A stretch of 64,000 nt of DNA from Narcine bancroftii (taxonomy: Eukaryota). Location of the stretch: NCBI RefSeq assembly GCF_036971445.1, contig NC_091471.1, positions 992,001-1,056,000 on the forward strand, in the 5' to 3' direction. Within the stretch, counting starts at the first letter, position 1, and each line of letters begins with the position of its first letter. The notes under the pieces are model-generated. The model saw nothing but the letters and a program-made list of their open reading frames with translations, was not told where the DNA came from and searched no databases. The position numbers and the translations under genes are program-made. Of this stretch, positions 56,189 through 64,000 are shown piece after piece.

Positions 56189-57253
56189 AGGCGCCTGCAA
56201 GCTCACACCAAGACACAAGAGAAACTTGTCCGTGAACTACTCTTTGCAGATGATGCCGCTTTAGTTGCCCATTCAGAGCCAGCTCTTCAGCGCTTGACGT
56301 CCTGCTTTGCGGAAACTGCCAAAATGTTTGGCCTGGAAGTCAGCCTGAAGAAAACTGAGGTCCTCCATCAGCCAGCTCCCCACCATGACTACCAGCCCCC
56401 CCACATCTCCATCGGGCACACAAAACTCAAAACGGTCAACCAGTTTACCTATCTCGGCTGCACCATTTCATCAGATGCAAGGATCGACAATGAGATAGAC
56501 AACAGACTCGCCAAGGCAAATAGCGCCTTTGGAAGACTACACAAAAGAGTCTGGAAAAACAACCAACTGAAAAACCTCACAAAGATAAGCGTATACAGAG
56601 CCGTTGTCATACCCACACTCCTGTTCGGCTCCGAATCATGGGTCCTCTACCGGCACCACCTACGGCTCCTAGAACGCTTCCACCAGCGTTGTCTCCGCTC
56701 CATCCTCAACATCCATTGGAGCGCTCACACCCCTAACGTCGAGGTACTCGAGATGGCAGAGGTCGACAGCATCGAGTCCACGCTGCTGAAGATCCAGCTG
56801 CGCTGGATGGGTCACGTCTCCAGAATGGAGGACCATCGCCTTCCCAAGATCGTATTATATGGCGAGCTCTCCACTGGCCACCGTGACAGAGGTGCACCAA
56901 AGAAAAGGTACAAGGACTGCCTAAAGAAATCTCTTGGTGCCTGCCACATTGACCACCGCCAGTGGGCTGATAACGCCTCAAACCGTGCATCTTGGCGCCT
57001 CACAGTTTGGCGGGCAGCAGCCTCCTTTGAAGAAGACCGCAGAGCCCACCTCACTGACAAAAGGCAAAGGAGGAAAAACCCAACACCCAACCCCAACCAA
57101 CCAATTTTCCCTTGCAACCGCTGCAATCGTGTCTGCCTGTCCCGCATCGGACTGGTCAGCCACAAACGAGCCTGCAGCTGACGTGGACTTTTTACCCCCT
57201 CCATAAATCTTCGTCCGCGAAGCCAAGCCAAAGAAGAAGAAAGAAAAGAAGAA
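56189..57253 (+). mobile_element. Young 5'-truncated RTE-clade LINE with uninterrupted ORF end
   Basis: Open frame from FADD to the stop at 57181, a (GAA)n-like tail, and TATATATGTAT flanking both sides (56176-56186 and 57256-57266). Confidence 0.96.
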
Positions 57254-58236
57254 TATATATATGTATGTAAAATATGTGTGTGTTAAAACCCAAACCATTA
57301 CAGTTTAAACTTGATTTGAGAGATGATTTTAAAGTTCAATCTCAAAAAGATTTTGTGTTGAAACTCAGTCTTTACCTAAGTTCAAATCCAATGATGGAGT
57401 AAGTGTGAGGCAGATTTCTTTCAATTGTTGATCAGAAGGAATAATGGAGTATTTTGAAACATCAAGTCATCAGACCTCACAAATTTATTTTGCAGAGTTG
57501 TTTTCAGGAACAATATTTCTTCATACAAATGATTTTCTATCTCTTGCATGGAGATTTTGGAATCTGTCACCAGATGATGAATGTGCCCTCCTTTCCAGTG
57601 GCTATTTTATTCCATGATGATTTCACAAGCACAGACAAGGGCGACATGGAATGGCTCATATGGAAAAGGATGCAGTGGAATCTGTCCTTTTTACAAAGAG
57701 ACAGCAAAGTGGTTAAATTATTCAAAACCACTTTTCCAGTGTTCCTCCTTGTTATAAGAACATAAAAGGCAATCAGCAATCACATTATATTTTCCTTTGA
57801 TGAGTTATCATTAAATCTTATTCTTGCATAATTAAACTCCAACTTAACAGGATTGTGACTTAAAATGCCTTTTAGTTTGTCAAAAGCTTCCTGTTCTTGA
57901 TCATCCAAAATATTCCTTTTGGATTTTTAGCTGGAGGTGAGGGAGGGAGGGCTCAAGGAGGAGATTTTTGAAGAAGAGATGTCATAAATTTAATTGTGTG
58001 AGTGTGGTTGGGTGAAGATTATTCCATGCTTTAATTGTGTGGGGGAAGAAAGAATTGTTGTACACATCTGTCTTGGAAGGTGTCACTACAAATTGGGTTG
58101 CCTGCCCTTGTCTGCTCCTAGCAGGCTTGAGTTTGGTGTAAAATTAGTAGTCTATATCAAGCTGGCAGTTTAGCATTTTGTAAAAAGCAGGTCAGACAGT
58201 GTGCTTCACATCTAGTACTGCTTGTGACTTTTCCAT

Positions 58237-58790
58237 GAAGGTCATTGGTGAGGACAAATTTAGAGCACTGGTGCAATTCTGGTCACCGAATTATAGGAAG
58301 GATATCAACAAGATAGAGAGGGTGCAGAGAAGATTGACGAAAATGTTACCTGGGTTTCAGAATCTAGATTACAAAGAAAGGTTGAGCAGATTAGGTCTTT
58401 ATTCCTTGGAGCATAGCAGGTTGAGAGGGGATTTCATCAAGGTATTTAAGATTATGAGGGGGATAGATGGAGTTGATGTGGAAAGGCTATTTCTATTGAG
58501 AGTGGGAGAGATTGAAACAAGAGGTCATGAGTTAAGAGTTAAAGGGCAAAAGTTTAGAATTAACATGAGGGGGAACCTCCTTACTCAGAGAGTGGTGGCT
58601 GTGTGGAATGAGCTTCTGGGAGAAGTAATGGCGGCAGGATCCATTTTATCATTTAAGAAAAAATTGGATAGGTCTATGGATGGGAGAGTTATGGGCAAGG
58701 CGAGGTAGGTGGGACTAGAGGAGAGGACTTAGTTTAGTGTGGCCTGTTTCCATGCTGTAATGGTTATATGGTTTTATATATATGGTTATA
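58237..58790 (+). mobile_element. CR1 LINE 3' fragment
   Basis: ORF 58199-58708 (QFWSPNYRKDI...LRGD...TQRVVAVWNEL) and a TGGTTATA tail. Confidence 0.92.
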
Positions 58791-58929
58791 CAACTAACAA
58801 TTATGTACTTCCTTTAAAACTGTGTTACTGCATTTCAAATCCTATTTTCCTTACAGGATGGCCAAGTCACTGCTTAAATCCTATGTTACCTACTGTATTT
58901 CAGGTGCCTTCTCATCTCAAAATGCCTCT

Positions 58930-59092
58930 GGTGAAGATGTTCCCCCTAAACTTTTCCCCTTTCGTCCTTAACCCATGTCGTCCAGTTTTTATCTCACTAA
59001 CCCTCAGTGGAAAATGCCTGCTTGTATTTACATTATTTATACCCATCATAATTTAAACACCTCTATCAAATCTCCCCTCACTCTTCTACGCT
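58930..59092 (-). mobile_element. CR1 fragment, inverted
   Basis: Matches the minus-strand CR1 copies (ACACCTCTATCAAATCTCCCCTCA). Confidence 0.75.
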
Positions 59093-60015
59093 CGAGGTCC
59101 GTGACTAATGGTGTGGATCGGGGTCCATAGTTGGTGAATTGGATCAGCAAGTTTGAAGATGATATTAAGATTGGAGATGTTGTAGACAGTGAGGAAGGTT
59201 TTCAAAGCTTGCAGAGGGATCTGGACCAGCTGGAAAATGGGCTGAAAAATGGCCGATGGAATTTAATGCAGACAAGGGTGAGGTGTTGCATTTTGGAAGG
59301 ACCAACCAAGAAATGACGTACACAGTGAACGGTCGGGCACTGAGGGGTGCGGGAGAACAGGGGGATCTGGGAATACAGATACATAATTCTCTGAAAGTGG
59401 TGTCACAGGTGGGCAGAGTTGTAAGAGCTTTTGGCATCTTGGCCTCATAAATCAAAGTATGGAGTACAGGAGTTGGGATGTTATGGTAAAGTTGTATAAG
59501 ACATTGGTGAGGCCCAATGTGGAATATTGTGTGCATGGTCACTGAACTACAGGAAAGATAGCAATAAGATAGAAAGAGTGCGGAGAAGATTGACTAGGAT
59601 GTTACCCAGGCGTCAGGAACTGAGTTACAAGGCAAGGTTAAACGGGTTAGGACTTTATTCCCTGGAGCGTAGAAGAATGAGTGGAATTTGATCGAGGTAT
59701 TTAAGATTATGAGGGGGACAGACAGAGTAAATGTAGACAGGCTTTTTCCACTGAGGGTTGGTGAGCTAAGAGTGAAAGGGGGAAGGTTTAGGGGGAACAT
59801 GAAAGGGAACGTCTTCACACAGAGAGTGGTGGGGGTGTGGAATGAGCTGCCGGCTGAAGTGGTGAATGTGGGATCAATTTGAACATTTGAAAGGAATTTG
59901 GACAGGTCCGTGGATGGAAAGGGCAGAGAGGTGGAGGTCAGTGGGATGAGGCAGAAAAATAGTTTAGCACAGACTAGAAGGGCCAAAGGGCCTGTTCCTG
60001 TGCTGCAATGTTCTT
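59093..60015 (+). mobile_element. CR1 LINE 3' fragment
   Basis: VNWISKFEDD, MEFNADK, IEVFKIMRG and VFTQRVVGVWNELP in broken frames. Confidence 0.92.
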
Positions 60016-60202
60016 TGGCTCTTTGAGAAATATGTTTCTCTGAAATGTCTCATCACATAAACGTGATAAATAAGTTCTTCACATTTAGATGCTAAAAGCA
60101 TCTTTATCCACTTAGACCTACTTCAAAAGTATGACTCAAGAAGACTCCAATCAGTCTACTGACCATTGAATTAAAAGTCCTGCTTGTCTGAATAGCTGCC
60201 TC

Positions 60203-63122
60203 TAGATTTCTGATCAGTGACCAAGGTAAATTTTCTGCCGGCTAGAAAATGTCTCCAGTAGCGAACAGCTTCAGTAATAGCCTGGGCTTCTTTTTCTATG
60301 GCAGGATGTTTTAGTTCAGGTGCAGGAGAAGAATGTTCTGCCAAGGCACAATCTGAACCATCAGTTTCCACTTGGAATGGGACATCCTCATCAATGGACG
60401 AGAGTGCAGCTTTGGCAATATCAGCTTTAATTCTCTCAAAAGCCTTCAAGGCCATTGGAGAGAGAGGAAAAGATTTAGTGTCAAACAGAGGGCGTGCTTC
60501 GTGGCGTAGTCCCGAACCCATTTGCAGTAGTAGGAAAAGAATCCCATACACCTTTTAAGGGCTTTTGCTGAGTCTGGGGGTGGTAACTTCTTAAGGGGGG
60601 CAATTCTTTCTGGATCGGGGTGGATTTCGCCTTTGTGGACAATGTAGCCCAGAATGGGTAGCTCTGTCACGTTGAACGCATATTTGCCCTTGTTAAATGT
60701 AAGGTTAAGTTCTTTAGCTGTTGCTAAACATTTCTTTAAGTTGTTGTCGTGCTCAGTCTGCGTTTTCCCACAGATAGTGACATTATCCAGATAGGGGAAC
60801 GTACCCTGTAACTCATTCATCTTAATAATCTTATCCATTTCCCTCTGAAACACGGACACACTATTAGTGACCCCAAAAGGTACCCTTTTAAACTGGTATA
60901 ACCCCCCCCCATCAGCCTCAAAAGCCATATAGGGCCGTTCCCTTTTCTTAATGGGGATTTGGTGATAAGCTGCTTTGAGGTCGATAGTGGAGTACACTTT
61001 GTATTGCGCTATGTGATTAATCATTTCATTGATGCATGGCAGGGGGTAGGCATCCAGGTTAGTGTAACGGTTGATTGTCTGGCTGTAGTCAATAGCCAGT
61101 CATTTCTTAGTGAGATATTTCACAACTATCACCTGGGCTCGCCATGGACTCTTACTAGGTTCAATTACTCCCTCTTTAAGCAATCTCTGGGTCTCAGCTT
61201 TGATAAACTCATGATCCTCTTTGCTGTAAGAACAGCTCTTAGTGACAATCGGCCAACACGGGGGATAAATCACTGAAAAGGGAGGGAGCTTTGATCTTTA
61301 ATGTGGACAGACCGCAGTAACTAGCGCAGGGGATGGTAAGTGTGGGTAGTGGCCCACTGAAATTTAACACTACACTGTTCATCTGAGATTGAATATCTAA
61401 CCCCAGTAACACCGGGGCGCAGAGCTCTGGCATAATAAAGAGCCACACATCAGCCAGGCAATGTCCCTGAAAATTTAAAGTAACTTTACACTTGTCCTGT
61501 ACTGTTTTTGTAAGTTCACTACAAGCCATCGATATCTTTCGGTTTGCTGGATATCTCTGCAAATTTAAGGCTTTGGCGACCTTCTTGTGGATATAGCTGT
61601 CAGTACTCCCCGAGTGTATTAGACAATCAAGAGTCTCACCATTCAAAAATTATTATAGAGCCGCACAATTAAGATACCTAGCAGATTTTTATCAAACAAG
61701 GGAAAAGCCAGATTGGACTAGATTAGAACTAGATAAAATAGGGGAGAAGATACCCGAGCATATATTATATAAATGGAATGAAAAATTGGTACAATGTAGG
61801 AATTCTCCAGTATTACATCATCTGCTCAATATTTGGAAGAAGATTAATGTAGAAAGGAATAAAACAAATTACCAATTACCAAAACTAATAATGATGCAAA
61901 ATCAACTAATCCCTTTCATAATAGATAACCTTTCCTTTAGAGAATGGGAGAAAAAAGGGATCAAAAGAATAGAAAATTGTTTTTCAGGAAATAAATTATT
62001 ATCCTTTGAACAAATGAAGGATAAATATAATATAACTCACGATACAGTGTTGGCATACTACCAACTGAGATCCTACTTGAAGGACAAATTGGGAAGCAGT
62101 CTGAGGTTACCAGAGGGAAGTAACTTTGAATATGTGATTACAGATACAATGATAATCAAAAAATTTATAACAAACATGTATATTAAACTACAAGAAAAGG
62201 AGAACGAGGAAACAAACGGTAAAATTAAACAAAAATGGGAACAAGATTTAAACATAGAGATAAAGAATGAAACATGGGAGAAGTTATGCTCTGGAACTAT
62301 GAGAAATACAATAAACACGAGGTTACGTATGATACAATATAACTGGATACACAGGCTATACATTACACCTCAAAAGTTAAATAAATGGGACCCAACAGTA
62401 TCTGACAGATGTTTTCACTGTAAAAAGGAAATGGGAACAACAATTCATGCAATCTGGACATATTTTGGGAAGATCTAAACCAGATATTAAATAAAATTAC
62501 AGAAAGCAATATACCAAAAAACCCAGAGATCTTCCTCCTAAGTAACATAAAAAACAAAGAATTTGGACTTGATTTGGATGGAGCACAAAAAAGATTTGTT
62601 AGGATAGCTCTAGCCGTTGCAAAAAAATGTATTATGTCAACCTGGAAATTAGAAGATAACTTGAGAATACAACAATGGTATATAGAAATGAATAAATGTA
62701 TTCCATTAGAAAAAAATAACATAATTTAAGAAATAATATTACAATATTTGAACAAATATGGGAGCCATACATGAAACACAATAGAGAAAACCTACCAGGG
62801 ACATCTACCACCTAAAATGACAGAAGGAGAAGGAAATGAAAAGAATTGACTCAGTGGAACTTCTTGTTTATTTTTATTGAGTGACAACATTGTTTGACGG
62901 GTTTAATGTATCTTAGATTCTGAACTTTAAATGAATGGGAGGGGAGGTAGGGAGGGTGGGATGGGAAGAGGGAGGGGGGGAGAAAATGACACTGTATATA
63001 TTTGAAAAGGAAAATGTATGTATCTTGATCAATGTGGTTTATAGTGTGAAAAATAAAATATTTTTAAAAAAAATCTCACCATTCACCTCCCCCTTCATAG
63101 TTGACTGTTCCAGTCCATAACA
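60203..63122 (-). mobile_element. Second Gypsy pol fragment (PR-RT-RH) of the same family as 49177-53995, split by an L1-like insertion
   Basis: ORFs 61239-61646, 60446-61024 (IDLKAAYHQ, PFGVTN, YLDN) and 60171-60551. The sequence resumes at 63074-63122, matching 53128-53176. Confidence 0.93.
61646..63073 (+). mobile_element. 5'-truncated L1/Tx1-clade LINE (ORF2 C-terminus, 3' UTR, poly-A)
   Basis: AT-rich ORF with a CFHC...H zinc-binding motif, a G-rich 3' UTR tract, AATAAA near 63052 and an A tail. There is a 12-bp TSD TCTCACCATTCA at 61634-61645 and 63074-63085. Confidence 0.92.
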
Positions 63123-63139
63123 TCCCCCAAGCTTTACAG

Positions 63140-63520
63140 TCATTTGAGCTGTGTGGGAAGGGGTTCTCGTGGCAATCTGGCCTGCAGACACACCAGCGGG
63201 TTCACACTGGAGATAAACCATTCACCTGCTCACTCTGTGGGAAAGGGTTCTCTCAGCCATCCAGCCTGCAGGCACACCAGCGGGTTCATGTTGGAGAGAG
63301 ACCATTCACCTGCTCCCTGTGTTGGATTAGATTCACTCATTCCACCTACCTGCGGAAGCACCAGCGGGTTCACACCAGGGAGAGACCGTTCTCATCCACC
63401 AAGTGCGGAAAGGGATTCACCGATTCCTCCTCTCTGCAGGCCCACTGTTGATTTTCTATCAGGGAGGGACCATTGACCTTCTCCCTATGTGGGGAGGAGT
63501 TCACGGAGCCCTAGGGTCTG
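63140..63520 (+). pseudogene. C2H2 zinc-finger pseudogene/remnant (about 4-5 fingers, 2 intact)
   Basis: [61 protein letters not shown] and [18 protein letters not shown]. Cys residues are lost, there is a premature stop, and the 5' end abuts the Gypsy sequence. Confidence 0.85.
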
Positions 63521-63699
63521 TGGGTGGGCTTCTGTGCCAAGATCATAAACCAGACAGGAGACGTCGGCGTTGTTAACTGTGGACGAGATTCAGCCGTGCG
63601 AGTTCCCCTTTGTTGTTTGCAGTTGATGGGTTGAAACTCCACGCTGCAACCTCTGGATTTTCAGGTGATGAGGAAGGTCATGCGGCGTCCAGAACAAGT

Positions 63700-63992
63700 A
63701 ACGGGGAGTGGACAATTTGGGGCCTGAGCCCATCACCAGAAGTTATAAAAATGAGACAGAGCCCGAATAAAAAGGTGAGGGGAGAGGGGGTGGCACGGGT
63801 TTAAATATGGACGCCAATGGGAGGGGAGAAGAGAGAAGTGCAGAGGAGAGGCTTCAGGAGATATGATGGGAGAAGGAAAGGAAGGGGGTGGGGAGCTGCA
63901 GGAAAATAAACGGAGTGCTGACAGGAACTGGAGGTCGATATTGATGCCGCCTGGTTGGAGACTGTGGGAATGGAATAGAAGGTGCAATGCAC
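63700..63992 (-). mobile_element. Penelope-like element 3' remnant
   Basis: Minus-strand HLLFHSHSLQPGGINID resembles the C-terminus of Penelope GIY-YIG ORFs (LxPxGxN). It is followed by a pyrimidine tract and an eroded hammerhead-like motif CTGGTGA...GGCCCCAAA. Confidence 0.55.
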
Positions 63993-64000
63993 ATTAGTGC

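Noticed and set aside
57267-58200. AT-rich stretch with short ORFs, possibly an LTR-element internal remnant
   Set aside because: I could not recognise any protein motif or termini, so it is left unannotated.

Overview
Non-prokaryotic, repeat-rich vertebrate genomic DNA. The repeat complement (CR1 and RTE LINEs, V-SINE-like and Penelope-like remnants, Gypsy and L1/Tx1 fragments) suggests a cartilaginous fish; this is an inference. The only credible intact protein-coding sequence is a 9-finger C2H2 zinc-finger ORF (6042-6797), with no KRAB domain visible. Two decayed ZNF paralogues lie at about 47982-48197 and 63140-63520. About half the window (10131-42150) is one GC-rich 30/31-bp satellite with higher-order periods of about 2.6, 6.0, 5.1 and 1.8 kb. 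Three smaller minisatellites flank the ZNF gene. The main observation is that the window holds two paralogous copies of a ZNF-associated CpG-island cassette, one block of which is inverted. In each copy, different ~30-35-bp pieces have expanded into tandem arrays, while the other copy still carries the single-copy seed. The 32-kb satellite sits directly downstream of a conserved promoter-like module (TGATTGACAG, E-box, CRE). The region 42.6-64 kb is mostly nested transposon remnants, several with target-site duplications. The long Pro/Gly-rich ORFs in the track are artefacts of the satellites. All alignments were made by eye and coordinates of decayed repeats are approximate.
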